Source: an uncultured Verrucomicrobiae bacterium | Lineage (GTDB): Bacteria; Verrucomicrobiota; Verrucomicrobiia; Chthoniobacterales; UBA10450 | Reading direction: 5' to 3' | Length of the DNA stretch: 64,000 nt | NCBI GenBank assembly: GCA_963834385.1 | Contig: CAWIBO010000002.1 | Coordinates: forward strand, 992,001-1,056,000 | Part shown: positions 42,271 to 52,301 of the stretch, in pieces | How positions within the stretch are numbered: position 1 is the stretch's first letter | How the letters are laid out: every line of letters begins with the position of its first letter | The notes under the pieces: generated by a model | The model's input: the letters and a program-made list of their open reading frames with translations, nothing else | What the model was told of the DNA's origin: nothing | Database searches by the model: none | Translations under genes and position numbers: made by a program

Positions 42271-42289
42271 TAGGACAGTCAATGTCTCA
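42271..42289. promoter_or_regulatory. Candidate WYL-regulator operator GACA-N5-TGTC
   Basis: TAGGACAGTCAATGTCTCA in the 44-bp divergent gap. Confidence 0.55.
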
Positions 42290-42311
42290 CCCCCGGTGGC
42301 AAATTGCACGC

Positions 42312-42503
42312 ATGAAAAGTTACACCACCCGTTATCGCCGCCCGCATCTCCTCCCGGTTCCCTACCGGGCCCATCCCGATCGCCTGGCCCGGGGCGCCCA
42401 GTTTCTCCGTTCGCTGCGCCTCTCGCTCGCGGCCCCGACCGCGCCCGGGTTGAGCCCGCAGCAGGCGGAGTTCGATTTTCTGCCGGCGCCTGCCCTGCGC
42501 TAG
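42312..42503 (+). CDS. Small (63 aa) basic protein with QAEFDF motif
   Basis: ATG start, GC-rich third codon positions, divergent from WYL gene. Confidence 0.55.
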   Translation: MKSYTTRYRRPHLLPVPYRAHPDRLARGAQFLRSLRLSLAAPTAPGLSPQQAEFDFLPAPALR

Positions 42504-42591
42504 CCGCGCCGCGCGCGCCAGAAAACCTTTGCGCCGTTCTGGCGGCTTCTCTACGCTGGGAGATGACGTCGCCTGCGGGCGTCGCTCCTGT

Positions 42592-43041
42592 ATGAACGTC
42601 GGCGGCTCGATCGAATCACTTTTACGTCAGAAGGGCCCCGAAGTCTGGAGCGTCGCCCCCGACACGGCGGTCTACGACGCCATCGCCATGATGGCGGAAA
42701 AAAATGTGGGCGCACTTCTCGTGGTCGAGAGCGCAAACCTCGTTGGCATCATCTCTGAGCGTGATTACACCCGCAAGGTCATGCTCCGGGGCAAACGCTC
42801 TCGCGAAACCACCGTCCGCGAGATCATGTCGAGCGACCTGACCACGGTCGATCCCAAGCAATCGGTCGACGATTGTCTCCGCTTCATGACGGAAAAGCGG
42901 ATCCGGCACCTGCCCGTGGTCAAAGGGGGCGATATCTGCGGCGTCATTTCCATCGGCGATCTCGTCAAGCACCTGATCTCGGTGCAGAGCGCCACGATCG
43001 ACCAGCTCGAACGCTACATCTCCGGCGGCTTTACCAACTAG
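42592..43041 (+). CDS. CBS-pair protein
   Basis: NVGALLVV...GIISERDY; RIRHLPVV...GVISIGDLVK. Confidence 0.92.
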   Translation: MNVGGSIESLLRQKGPEVWSVAPDTAVYDAIAMMAEKNVGALLVVESANLVGIISERDYTRKVMLRGKRSRETTVREIMSSDLTTVDPKQSVDDCLRFMTEKRIRHLPVVKGGDICGVISIGDLVKHLISVQSATIDQLERYISGGFTN

Positions 43042-43045
43042 GGCG

Positions 43046-44329
43046 TCAAAGCGCCCAGACGGTTTCGCCCGCCACGATCGTTCGGACGGCGCGTCCCCGC
43101 AGCTCCCACCCATCAAACGGGGTATTGCGCGAGGCCGACTCGAAACGGTCCGCGTCCACTTTCCATTCCAGGTCCGGGTTGATCAGCGTGATGTCCGCGG
43201 GCGCGCCCGGCGAAAGGGTGCCGGCAGTGAGCCCGAGCAGGCGGGCCGGTTCCACGGTGAACATCTCGAGCAGGCGCGGCAGGCCAATCGTCTTCTTCCG
43301 GTGCAGCAGTTCGGTCAGGAAAAGACCAAGCTCCGTTTCCAGGCCGAGAATGCCGAACGGTGCCTGGTCGAACTCCACCTCTTTTTCAAAACGGGCATGG
43401 GGGGCATGATCACTCGCGAGGATGGTGATGGTGCCGTCCGCCACGCCCTCGAGGAGCGCGGCGACATCGGCGGCGCTGCGCAGGGGCGGATTCATCTTGC
43501 TGTTGGTATCGAAGCCCTGCACGGCCTCATCGGTCAGGGCAATGTGATGCGGGCAAATTTCGCCGCTGACCTTGACGCCACGGGCGCGCGCTTCGCGCAA
43601 GAGCCGCACGCTCCCGGCGGCACTGAGATGCTGGCAATGAATGTGGTGATCACAGAGCTCGGCCAGGATGATGTTGCGCGCGACGATCATTTCCTCGCCC
43701 GCGGCCGGCCAGCCGGGGAGGCCCAGAAGCCGGCTCCAGTAGCCCTCGTGCACCACGCCGTTGCCGACCAGGTTGTAATCCTGGCAGTGATCGAAAACCG
43801 GTCTCCCGACCATGCGGGCGTACTCGACCGCCCGCCGCATCAGCTCGTGATTCTGGATGCAATGCCCGTCATCGGTAAACGCCACCACCCCGGCCTGCGC
43901 CAGCGCACCGAGCGGGGCGAGTTCCTCTCCTGCCAGCCCCCGGGAGAGCGCGCCGGTGGGCAGAACGTTCACGCACGCCTGGGTCTTTGCCCGATCCCTG
44001 ATCCAGCCGATCGTGCTCGGCGCGTCCGCCACGGGCGAGGTGTTGGGCATGCAGACCACCGTGGTAAACCCGCCGGCCGCGGCCGCCCGCGTTCCGCTCT
44101 CGATCGTCTCCTTGTGCCCGAAGCCGGGCTCGCGCAGATGAACATGCAGATCGATCAGCCCCGGACTGACGACAAGGTTCCTCGCATCGATTTCAGCCGG
44201 GGGCGGTGTTCGCGTCGAAAGCTGGGCGGGATCGGCAATCGTTCCGTCGACCACGAGAAGGTCGGCGATTTCATCACGCTGATTGGCTGGGTCGATGATC
44301 CGGCCGCCTTTGATCAGGATCGCGCTCAC
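43046..44329 (-). CDS. pyrC: Dihydroorotase
   Basis: DLHVHLREPG, AAAGGFTT, MPNT, KMNPPLR, SDHAPH. Confidence 0.95.
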   Translation of the reverse strand: MSAILIKGGRIIDPANQRDEIADLLVVDGTIADPAQLSTRTPPPAEIDARNLVVSPGLIDLHVHLREPGFGHKETIESGTRAAAAGGFTTVVCMPNTSPVADAPSTIGWIRDRAKTQACVNVLPTGALSRGLAGEELAPLGALAQAGVVAFTDDGHCIQNHELMRRAVEYARMVGRPVFDHCQDYNLVGNGVVHEGYWSRLLGLPGWPAAGEEMIVARNIILAELCDHHIHCQHLSAAGSVRLLREARARGVKVSGEICPHHIALTDEAVQGFDTNSKMNPPLRSAADVAALLEGVADGTITILASDHAPHARFEKEVEFDQAPFGILGLETELGLFLTELLHRKKTIGLPRLLEMFTVEPARLLGLTAGTLSPGAPADITLINPDLEWKVDADRFESASRNTPFDGWELRGRAVRTIVAGETVWAL

Positions 44330-44330
44330 G

Positions 44331-44759
44331 TTATTCCTTTTCCTTTCCCAAATGGGCGAGCTGCCTGCTCAGGACCGCGCTGCGCCGCCGTGTGAAAGAT
44401 TCCCGGGCGAGGTTCGCTTCCGTGGCCGCGAGTGATCCCCCTTCGCTTTGAATCGCTTCCTGCTCAACCCGGTCGCGTTCCCGCATCCACCGGGTCTGTT
44501 CCGAGCGCAACGCCTTCCGGCCGGCAGCGTCGAGGCGGGCGTGCAATTGCAGATACAGGAGCGCCATCTCCGCATCCGCCAGTTCGGCCAGGGCGCCGGT
44601 CAGCCGGTTCATCGCCTGCTGCGGCGGACCTTCCTCCAGTTGAGCCGTGATCCACGCACGCGCCAACTCCACTCCGGGTTCCCAATCCGCCGGCAGCGGA
44701 GCGGCCCCCGGCAAGGGCGCCAGCAAGAGGAGGAACCACGCGACCATCACTCTCTTCAT
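44331..44759 (-). CDS. LprI/DUF1311-like secreted protein
   Basis: Signal peptide; [20 protein letters not shown]. Confidence 0.7.
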   Translation of the reverse strand: MKRVMVAWFLLLLAPLPGAAPLPADWEPGVELARAWITAQLEEGPPQQAMNRLTGALAELADAEMALLYLQLHARLDAAGRKALRSEQTRWMRERDRVEQEAIQSEGGSLAATEANLARESFTRRRSAVLSRQLAHLGKEKE

Positions 44760-45694
44760 AAGCCGGAAATTCCGCCGCAGAGATAAAGAACCGCCATGCG
44801 CACGGCCAGGCCGTTGGTCACCTGGTCAAGGATGACGCTGCGCGGGCCATCCGCGATCTCGCTGTCGATCTCGACCCCGCGATTGATCGGGCCCGGGTGC
44901 ATGATGATGCAGTTCGGTTGCAATAGTTTCGCCCGCGCGCGGGTCAGGCCAAAGAGACGGATGTACTCACCGAGACCGGGGAAGTATTCCTTGCGCTGCC
45001 GCTCGTGCTGGATCCGGAGCAGGTTAACCACGTCGGCCGTGGGCAGGACGGCATCGAGATCGTGCGAGACTGTGACGCCGAGCCGCTCGAACTCGCGCGG
45101 GACCAGCGTGCCTGGGCCGACAAGGGTCACGCGCGCGCCCAGTTTGGTGAGGCCAAAAATGTTGGAACGGGCCACCCGGCTGAAGAGGATGTCGCCCACG
45201 ATGGCGACATGCAGTCCCTCGATTCGTCCGCATTTCTCGCGCATGGTGTAGAGATCGAGCAGGCCCTGGGTGGGATGTTCGTGCGCGCCATCCCCGGCAT
45301 TGATCACGCTCGCCTGCAGTCGTTCCGCCAAAAATTGCGCCGCCCCGGCGGAGCTGTGACGCAGGACGATCATGTCGGCGTGCAGCGCCTGCAGGTTGCG
45401 CGCGGTGTCGAGCAGCGTTTCGCCCTTGGTCAGGCTGGAGGTGGCGGCCGAGACGTTGATCACATCGGCGCTCAGGCGGTGGGCCGCGAGTTCGAAAGAG
45501 ATGCGGGTGCGCGTGCTCGGTTCGACAAAGAAATTCACCAGGGTGCGGCCGCGCAGGGCCGGGACTTTCTTGATCTCGCGAGTGCCGACCTGCTTGAAGG
45601 CGTCCGCGGTCTCGAGCACGAACTCGATCTCCTCTCGTGAAAGTTCACGCAGCCCGAGAAGGTCTTTCCGATTCCAGCGCATCTCCCTCTTCAT
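44756..45694 (-). CDS. pyrB: Aspartate carbamoyltransferase catalytic subunit
   Basis: [40 protein letters not shown]; start approximate. Confidence 0.96.
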   Translation of the reverse strand: MKREMRWNRKDLLGLRELSREEIEFVLETADAFKQVGTREIKKVPALRGRTLVNFFVEPSTRTRISFELAAHRLSADVINVSAATSSLTKGETLLDTARNLQALHADMIVLRHSSAGAAQFLAERLQASVINAGDGAHEHPTQGLLDLYTMREKCGRIEGLHVAIVGDILFSRVARSNIFGLTKLGARVTLVGPGTLVPREFERLGVTVSHDLDAVLPTADVVNLLRIQHERQRKEYFPGLGEYIRLFGLTRARAKLLQPNCIIMHPGPINRGVEIDSEIADGPRSVILDQVTNGLAVRMAVLYLCGGISGL

Positions 45695-45698
45695 GAGA

Positions 45699-46277
45699 TC
45701 AGCCACGTGTCTCACCCTCCTGCACCAGCCAGACGGCGTCCTCCTGCCCGTCCACGTTCTGGAGACGCAACCGCACCTTCTCGCCCGGATGGGTGGGCAG
45801 ATTCTTCCCTACGTAATCCGCGCGGATGGGAAGCTCGCGGTGGCCCCGGTCGATGAGCACGGCGAGCTGGATGCGCGCCGGACGGCCAAAAGAAGCGAGG
45901 GCGTCCATGGCCGCGCGCGCGGTGCGCCCGGTGTAAAAAACATCGTCCACGATAATAACCGTCTTCTCCTCCAGTGGCAGCGGGAGAGCGGTCTGCTGCA
46001 CCACCGGAAGAGTGTCGCGCCGGCCCACGTCGTCCCGGTGCATGGAAACATCGATCAGGCCCAGGCTGACACCGGACTTCTCGATCTCGGCGATAAAGGC
46101 GGCAATGCGACGGGCGACCTCGGCTCCTCGTGACGGAATCCCGGCCAGGACCACGCGGTCCAGCGCCTCGTTACGCTCGATGATCTCGTGCGCCATGCGG
46201 CGCAGGGCACGGCGGATGGCGTCCGCGTCCATGACCGGGGCGGAGGGCGAAGCAGTTTTCGTCTTCGAGGTTGGCAT
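45699..46277 (-). CDS. pyrR: Bifunctional pyr regulator / uracil phosphoribosyltransferase
   Basis: [40 protein letters not shown]. Confidence 0.96.
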   Translation of the reverse strand: MPTSKTKTASPSAPVMDADAIRRALRRMAHEIIERNEALDRVVLAGIPSRGAEVARRIAAFIAEIEKSGVSLGLIDVSMHRDDVGRRDTLPVVQQTALPLPLEEKTVIIVDDVFYTGRTARAAMDALASFGRPARIQLAVLIDRGHRELPIRADYVGKNLPTHPGEKVRLRLQNVDGQEDAVWLVQEGETRG

Positions 46278-46281
46278 CTGG

Positions 46282-46316
46282 TTCCTTTGCGACCTCGCGG
46301 GATCGCCTTAAAGGAA
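46282..46316 (-). promoter_or_regulatory. PyrR-binding RNA hairpin overlapping the pyrR Shine-Dalgarno
   Basis: Minus strand TTCCTTTAAGGCGATCCCGCGAGGTCGCAAAGGAA matches the CUUUAA and RUCCnGnGAGGY consensus. Confidence 0.85.
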
Positions 46317-46324
46317 GCGAATGG

Positions 46325-46576
46325 TCAGGAGTTCCCGGTCTTGGGCTCGGCCCGGACCTCCTTCATTCGCTTGTCGCGCCAGTTCGACCGGTGTTTGACG
46401 ATCCAGTCGAGGAGCGCCTTCTCGAAACCGATGTCCGTGCCGGCCTTCTCGCTCTCGATCCATTTATGCTTCAGGATCTCTTCCCGTTCGGCGAGAAACT
46501 CCTTGTACAACACGGAGTTTTTAACAAACTGCGGCTGTTCTTCTTGCGAAGAGGGCATGCGTGTCGTGTTTTCCAT
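46325..46576 (-). CDS. Small conserved protein (DUF4032-like)
   Basis: LYKEFLAEREEILKHKWIESEKAG.DIGFEKALLDW. Confidence 0.75.
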   Translation of the reverse strand: MENTTRMPSSQEEQPQFVKNSVLYKEFLAEREEILKHKWIESEKAGTDIGFEKALLDWIVKHRSNWRDKRMKEVRAEPKTGNS

Positions 46577-46641
46577 AAAATCCGCCCGCAGGTCAATCAA
46601 AACCCGCGCCGCCGGGAGTTTGGACAAGCATCGGCCGTGCC

Positions 46642-47700
46642 TTATTCATTGGCCGCATCTCCCTCGAGACGCGCGCGGATTTTTCCGGCAATGCTCCGGA
46701 ATTCCGCCGCCACCGGCGAGTTTTCGTCTTCCGCCGTGATCGGCATGCCCCGATCGCCTGATTCCCGCGTCGGAATATCGATCGGGATCTGGCCCAGGAA
46801 GGGAACCTTCAGGCGCTTCGCCTCGCGTTCGCCCCCGCCGCGGCCGAAAATATCGTAGCGGGTCCCGTCGCCCGGCGCGACGAAGTAGCTCATGTTCTCG
46901 ACCAGGCCGAGCACCGTCACATTCACCTTCTCAAACATGCTCGCGGCCTTGCGCGCATCGATCAGCGCCACTTCCTGCGGCGTGGTCACGATGATCGCCC
47001 CGGCCAGGGCCACCGTCTGCACAATGGTCAACTGGATGTCCCCCGTCCCGGGCGGGAGATCGAGGATGAGGAAATCGAGTTCGCCCCATTCCACCTGCCG
47101 CAGGAATTGCTGGGTGTAACGGGTCACCATCGGCCCGCGCAGAACGGCGGGGGAGGCGTCCTCCAGGAGGAACCCCATCGACATCAGACGCAGGCCATAT
47201 TGCTCGATCGGGATGATCCGGTTCTCCTCCGTCGCCATCGGTCGCTCGCGCGAGCCGAACATCAGCGAAATGCTCGGCCCGTAAATGTCGCAGTCACAAA
47301 GCCCGACGCGCGCGCCTTCCTGCTGGAGCGCCACCGCGAGATTGGCCGCCACGGTGGACTTGCCCACCCCGCCCTTGCCGCTGGCGATGGCGATGACGTT
47401 CCCCACGCCTTCAATCCGTGTCGCCATGGTCCCGGCGGCACCCGCCCCGGCCGGCGGCGCCTGCACGTCGATCAGAACCCTGGCTTTCGAGACCCCGGGA
47501 ATTTCCCGCATGACGGCTTCGCCCTCGCGCTTGATCGTTTGCGGGATGGCCGGCTCATTCGTGGCCAGGGCCAGCTGCACGGTGACGTCGCCACCCTCGA
47601 TCCGGACCTGCTTGACCAGCCCAAACGAGACGATGTCCCGGCTAAAGCCGGGATACTTCACCGATTTAAGGGCGTCGCGAACGAGTTCTTCCGTAATCAC
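46642..47700 (-). CDS. mrp: Mrp/NBP35 (ApbC) Fe-S carrier ATPase
   Basis: N-terminal DUF59-like domain, SGKGGVGKST, DIYGPS, DLPPGTGD, VTTPQ, VENMS. Confidence 0.93.
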   Translation of the reverse strand: MITEELVRDALKSVKYPGFSRDIVSFGLVKQVRIEGGDVTVQLALATNEPAIPQTIKREGEAVMREIPGVSKARVLIDVQAPPAGAGAAGTMATRIEGVGNVIAIASGKGGVGKSTVAANLAVALQQEGARVGLCDCDIYGPSISLMFGSRERPMATEENRIIPIEQYGLRLMSMGFLLEDASPAVLRGPMVTRYTQQFLRQVEWGELDFLILDLPPGTGDIQLTIVQTVALAGAIIVTTPQEVALIDARKAASMFEKVNVTVLGLVENMSYFVAPGDGTRYDIFGRGGGEREAKRLKVPFLGQIPIDIPTRESGDRGMPITAEDENSPVAAEFRSIAGKIRARLEGDAANE

Positions 47701-47870
47701 AAGGGCCGCCAATCTACCCGCGGTGCGCCGGAGGTAAAATGCCGCACCGTGGCCGCGGCCCCGCCGGGAGCGCGGCCATCTCGGCGGCGTTGACTTGTGC
47801 GCCCCGTTGCGAAACGATGCGGGCAGAACCGGGAGGACTTCCCGGCAGTAAAACATCCGGAAAACTTTTT

Positions 47871-48521
47871 ATGGGTAAATTTGCCATCGGCTGCGGAGGT
47901 CTTCTCCTTGTTCTTCTCATCATCGGCGGCTTTCTCGCCAGCCGTTACAACAGCCTGGTGACGCTGCGGCAGGGTACCAACGAGAAATGGGCGCAGGTGC
48001 AAACCCAGTATCAACGCCGGGCTGACCTCGTCCCCAACCTCGTCAACACCGTCCAGGGCGCGGCGAACTTCGAACGCCAGACGCTGACCGACGTGATCCA
48101 GGCACGCCAGCAGGTGACCAACCTGCAAATCGATCCGAATTCCGCGCCGACTGACCCGGCCACGCTGCAACGCTTCGCCCAGACCCAGGAATCGCTCAGC
48201 GGCGCCCTTTCCCGCCTCCTTGTCGTGATCGAGCGCTACCCCGACATCAAGGCGAACGCCAACTTCCAGAACCTGCAGGCGCAGCTGGAGGGAACCGAGA
48301 ACCGGATCGCGGTGGCGCGAAACGATTTCAACACGGTGGTGCGCGACTACAACACCACCCTGCAGCGTTTCCCGACCAACCTGGTGGCGGGGCTGTTCGG
48401 CTTCCAGATCAGGCCTTACTTTGAGAGCGCGCCGGGCGCCGAGATCGCGCCGAACGTGCAGTTCAACTTCGGGGCCAGCCCCGCGCCTGCGGCCACGGCT
48501 GCGCCCGTGGCGACGCCTTAG
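47871..48521 (+). CDS. lemA: LemA family protein
   Basis: YQRRADLVPNLVNTV, ERYPDIKA, QLEGTENRIAVAR, FPTN. Confidence 0.95.
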   Translation: MGKFAIGCGGLLLVLLIIGGFLASRYNSLVTLRQGTNEKWAQVQTQYQRRADLVPNLVNTVQGAANFERQTLTDVIQARQQVTNLQIDPNSAPTDPATLQRFAQTQESLSGALSRLLVVIERYPDIKANANFQNLQAQLEGTENRIAVARNDFNTVVRDYNTTLQRFPTNLVAGLFGFQIRPYFESAPGAEIAPNVQFNFGASPAPAATAAPVATP

Positions 48522-48530
48522 TCGCTGGCC

Positions 48531-49356
48531 TTGCGCGCCTTTTCCCACAGCGGCGGCGGTGGCGCCGGCCTGTCCTCGTTCCGCGCCGGGGTCTCCCGGT
48601 CGCTCCTCCTTGGCTGTCTCCTGGGCCTGGTCGTTTCCGAGGTCGCCGCGGAGACGATTCCGCCGAAAGCCCGGGCGTTACTTCAACGATTACGCCGGCG
48701 TGGTGGGAAGCGAGCGGGCGCTGGAGTTGAACGAGCAACTGGCGCAGTTCGAACGCGAAACCTCCAACCAGATCGTCGTGGCCGTCTTCCGCAAAATGCA
48801 AAGCGAGGACGACATCGCCGCCTACACCGAGCGGGTGGCCGATGCCTGGCAGGTGGGACAGGCGGACAAACGCAACGGCGCCGTTCTCTTCGTCTTTCTC
48901 GACGATCGCAAGATGTTCATCCAGGTCGGCTACGGTCTCGAGGGCGCCATTCCGGATGTGACCGCCTTCGACATCACCGAGCGCCGCATCAAGCCGCTCT
49001 TCAAGGGTGGGGACATCCCGGGCGGCCTCGCCGTGGGCGTGACGTCACTCATGGAAGCGGCCCGGGGCGAGTACAAAGGAACCGGGAAAACGGTGAGCGA
49101 ACGGGGAGGTGAAGAAGGTTCACCGGCCTTTGCCCTTTTCACGGTGTTTGTTTTCCTGGTCATCCTGATCCTGATCATCCGGGCCTCCGCGAAGAAGACG
49201 AAGAAAGGCTGGAGCTATTCCGGGACCGGGGGCCCATTTGTGGGCGGATGGACCAGCGGGTCGGGCGGCGGTTGGTCCTCAGGCGGTGGCGGGTTCAGCA
49301 GCTTCAGCGGCGGCGGCGGCAGCTTTGGCGGGGGAGGCGCCGGCTCGAGCTGGTAA
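48531..49356 (+). CDS. TPM-domain protein (YgcG-like), one indel near 48670
   Basis: FNDYAGV, QIVVAV, WQVG...NGAVL, IQVGYGLEGAIPD, Gly-rich GGGGAGSSW tail. Confidence 0.88.
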
Positions 49357-49363
49357 AAATCTT

Positions 49364-49801
49364 ATGAAGACAGAGGATTTCCTGGGGAAATTGGCGCACG
49401 ACCGCATCGTGGAGGCCATTGCGGAGGCGGAAAAGAAGACGTCGGGCGAGATCCGGGTCTACGTCGACCGGGGGAATCCGACCGAAGCGCCGCTGGTGGC
49501 GGCGGAGCGCCAGTTCCAGAAAATGGGCATGGAGAAGACGCGCGACCGGAACGCCGTCCTCATCTACGTCGCCCCGCGGCCGCAGAAGTTCGCCGTCTGC
49601 GGCGACCTCGCGGTGGACGAAAAATGCGGGCCTGACTACTGGAACGAGCTGGTGGCGGGCATGCGCGACAGACTCCGCAGCGGTGATTTCACCGGGGCGC
49701 TGGTGGAGGCAATCACCCGCTGCGGCGAGTTGCTTGCGCTTCATTTCCCGAGACGGGCCGACGATCAGAACGAGCTGCCTGATCACCCGGTGGAGGGTTA
49801 G
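49364..49801 (+). CDS. TPM-domain protein (short type)
   Basis: AIAEAEKKTSGEIRV, RNAVLIYVA, D.NELPD. Confidence 0.88.
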   Translation: MKTEDFLGKLAHDRIVEAIAEAEKKTSGEIRVYVDRGNPTEAPLVAAERQFQKMGMEKTRDRNAVLIYVAPRPQKFAVCGDLAVDEKCGPDYWNELVAGMRDRLRSGDFTGALVEAITRCGELLALHFPRRADDQNELPDHPVEG

Positions 49802-49821
49802 GCTGTTCGTCGCTTTTCCCG

Positions 49822-51012
49822 GTGGCAGCGTTGCCTCAAGTCGTTCGCGGCCTTCCTCCCGCGTTTTGGATCCTGTTTTTTGGGACCTTGATCAACCGGC
49901 TGGGCGGATTCGTGCTCGTCTTCCTGGCCATCTACCTGACGGAGGCGCGCGGATTGAGCCTTGGGCAAACGGGCCTTGTGCTCTCCTGCTACGGACTGGG
50001 GGCCATCGTTGCGGCGGCGGGCGGCGGCATCCTGAGCGACCGGATTGGGCGGCGGCCAACCCTGGTGGCCGCTCTTATGCTCGGGGCGGTGGCAATGCTG
50101 GTCCTCGGCCTGATGCGAAGCATCAGTGGGATCGCGCTTGCCGCCCTGGGGACGGGACTCCTTTATGAACTCTATCGCCCCGCCGTTTCCGCCACCGTGG
50201 CCGATCTTATCCCGAGCTCCGACCGGCCGCGTGCCTACAGCCTGATTTATTGGGCCGTTAACGCCGGGGCCGCCATCGCGCCAATCCTGGGGGGTGTTCT
50301 TGTCGCGAAAAGCTACTTCGCGCTCTTCGCCGCGGACGCGGCCACCACCTTTCTTTACGGTCTCATCGTCTGGCGTGCCCTGCCCGAGACACGTCCGCCT
50401 CCCGGCGGGGGGCGTGCACAGGAGCAATCGAGCCCCGGGGCCGTGCTGCGGGACCGTTACTTCCTCGCGGTTTGCCTCCTGGTCACGATCCTGTGTCTTG
50501 TCTTCTTCCAGTCATTCACCACCCTGCCGCTCGATATGCGTGCAAACGGTTTATCGCCGCAGGCCTTTGGCGCCCTCATCGCGATCAACGGTGGCATGAT
50601 CGTCCTCCTGCAGCCGTTCGCCGGCGTCTGGATACAAGGGCATTCCAAAATACGTACTCTGGCGCTTGCCTCCGCCATCATCGGAATCGGCTTTGGGCTG
50701 CACGGCCTTTCCTCCTCGGTGCCCTGGTATGCCGTGGCCGTGATGGTTTGGACCCTGGGCGAAATCATTTATAGCCCGGCGGCCGCGACTCTTGCAGCGG
50801 ATCGCGCCCCGGTGCACATGCGCGGCCGCTATCAGGGCGTTCTTTCCATGGCCTTCAGCTCGGGCTTTTTCTTCGCGCCACTCCTCGGCGGCTGGGTCGC
50901 GGGCGCCCTCGGTTTTCGCGCCGTCTGGCTCGGAGCGCTGCTTCTCGGACTGCTTTCCGCCGCAGGATTCCTCCTCCTTTCCCGTTGGCGTCGCCCTTTG
51001 CCGCAATCCTGA
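49822..51012 (+). CDS. MFS transporter
   Basis: About 12 TMs, GILSDRIGRR motif A, RGRYQG. Confidence 0.9.
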   Translation: MAALPQVVRGLPPAFWILFFGTLINRLGGFVLVFLAIYLTEARGLSLGQTGLVLSCYGLGAIVAAAGGGILSDRIGRRPTLVAALMLGAVAMLVLGLMRSISGIALAALGTGLLYELYRPAVSATVADLIPSSDRPRAYSLIYWAVNAGAAIAPILGGVLVAKSYFALFAADAATTFLYGLIVWRALPETRPPPGGGRAQEQSSPGAVLRDRYFLAVCLLVTILCLVFFQSFTTLPLDMRANGLSPQAFGALIAINGGMIVLLQPFAGVWIQGHSKIRTLALASAIIGIGFGLHGLSSSVPWYAVAVMVWTLGEIIYSPAAATLAADRAPVHMRGRYQGVLSMAFSSGFFFAPLLGGWVAGALGFRAVWLGALLLGLLSAAGFLLLSRWRRPLPQS

Positions 51013-51091
51013 ATGCACGGGGCCAGCCGCCCGACTTGCAAAAGGGCGGCTTTGATGTTCATTCCCCGTTCCGCAGCGAGTTTTACTAGTT

Positions 51092-51252
51092 GCGCCGTTG
51101 GTCCCTGGGTCGCCGTTGCTTGACGGAAACCACACTCGCCAGGGGGAACCCGGTGCTGAGAAAGGAATTTCGATTTAAGGTTCCCGAGGCTTGATCGTGC
51201 CAGACCTTGCTTGTCTGCCATCGAAGATTCGGGAATCGACATTCGAAAATTT
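51092..51252 (+). ncRNA. Candidate structured 5' leader of rpoA (two stem-loop domains)
   Basis: Stems GCGCCG/CGGTGC, CCCTGG/CCAGGG, CCGT/ACGG, then a long imperfect hairpin 51165-51252. Confidence 0.4.
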
Positions 51253-51256
51253 GCAT

Positions 51257-52297
51257 ATGCCAGTTCGTTACGGCCGATTCGAAATGCCGAAAACGCTCAC
51301 CAAAGAGGAGAGCACCGCCACTGAAACCTACGCGAAGTTTGTCGCTGAACCGTTCGAGGCCGGCTACGGCCACACCGTCGGCAACTCGCTACGCCGCGTC
51401 CTGCTCTCGTCACTCGAGGGTGCCGCCATTACCGCGGTCAAAATCACCGGGGCCCAGCACGAGTTCGCCACCCTCCCGCACGTGGTCGAGGATGTCACGG
51501 ACATCGTCCTCAATCTCAAGCGCCTGAAGTTCAAGTCCGCCGACGGCCATGAGCCCCGCAAACTCTCCCTCTCGGTGAACAAGGAAGGCGAGATCACCGG
51601 CGGCGATATCCAGCTCGCGCAGGGCTACGAAGTCCTCAACCCCGACCAGATCATCTGCACCCTCGACAAGAAGCACCGTTTTGACGCCGAACTCGAGGTT
51701 CGCGTCGGCCGCGGCTTTGCCACCGGCGACGAAAACAAGCGGGCCGATCAGCCCATTGGCCTGATCCCGATCGATTCCATCTTCTCACCCGTCACCCGGG
51801 TGAAATACGCAGTGGAAAACACCCGCGTCGGACAGCGCACCGATTACGACAAGCTGATCCTCGAGGTCTGGACCGACGGCCGGCTCACTCCGGACGACGC
51901 CCTCCTTCAATCCTCCGCCATCCTGCGCCATCACCTCGATGTTTTCGTCAACTTCAACGAGAACGTGATCGAGTTCGACGAGACCCCGGCCGGCGTGAGC
52001 GAGGAGAACATGAAGCTGAAGAAGCTTCTCAACATGAGCGTAAACGAGATCGAACTCAGCGTGCGCGCCGCCAACTGCCTGAACAACGCCAATATCACCA
52101 CGGTCGGCCAGCTCGCACAGAAGACCGAGGCCGAGATGTTGAAATACCGGAACTTCGGCAAGAAATCGCTTAACGAAATCAAGGACAAGCTGCAGCAGCT
52201 GGGCCTCGGCCTCGGGATGAAGTTCGACCCGGGTCTGGTCGACATGCCCATGGCGGTTGAAAGCGCCAATGGCGCCTCGAACGGCACCGCGGAGTAA
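51257..52297 (+). CDS. rpoA: RNA polymerase alpha subunit
   Basis: EPFEAGYGHTVGNSLRRVLLSS, RVGQRTDYDKL, ELSVRAANCL, NFGKKSLNEI. Confidence 0.98.
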   Translation: MPVRYGRFEMPKTLTKEESTATETYAKFVAEPFEAGYGHTVGNSLRRVLLSSLEGAAITAVKITGAQHEFATLPHVVEDVTDIVLNLKRLKFKSADGHEPRKLSLSVNKEGEITGGDIQLAQGYEVLNPDQIICTLDKKHRFDAELEVRVGRGFATGDENKRADQPIGLIPIDSIFSPVTRVKYAVENTRVGQRTDYDKLILEVWTDGRLTPDDALLQSSAILRHHLDVFVNFNENVIEFDETPAGVSEENMKLKKLLNMSVNEIELSVRAANCLNNANITTVGQLAQKTEAEMLKYRNFGKKSLNEIKDKLQQLGLGLGMKFDPGLVDMPMAVESANGASNGTAE

Positions 52298-52301
52298 TTC
52301 C

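Noticed and set aside
47871..49801. lemA-TPM-TPM cluster
   Set aside because: Widespread, well-known arrangement with nothing unusual here
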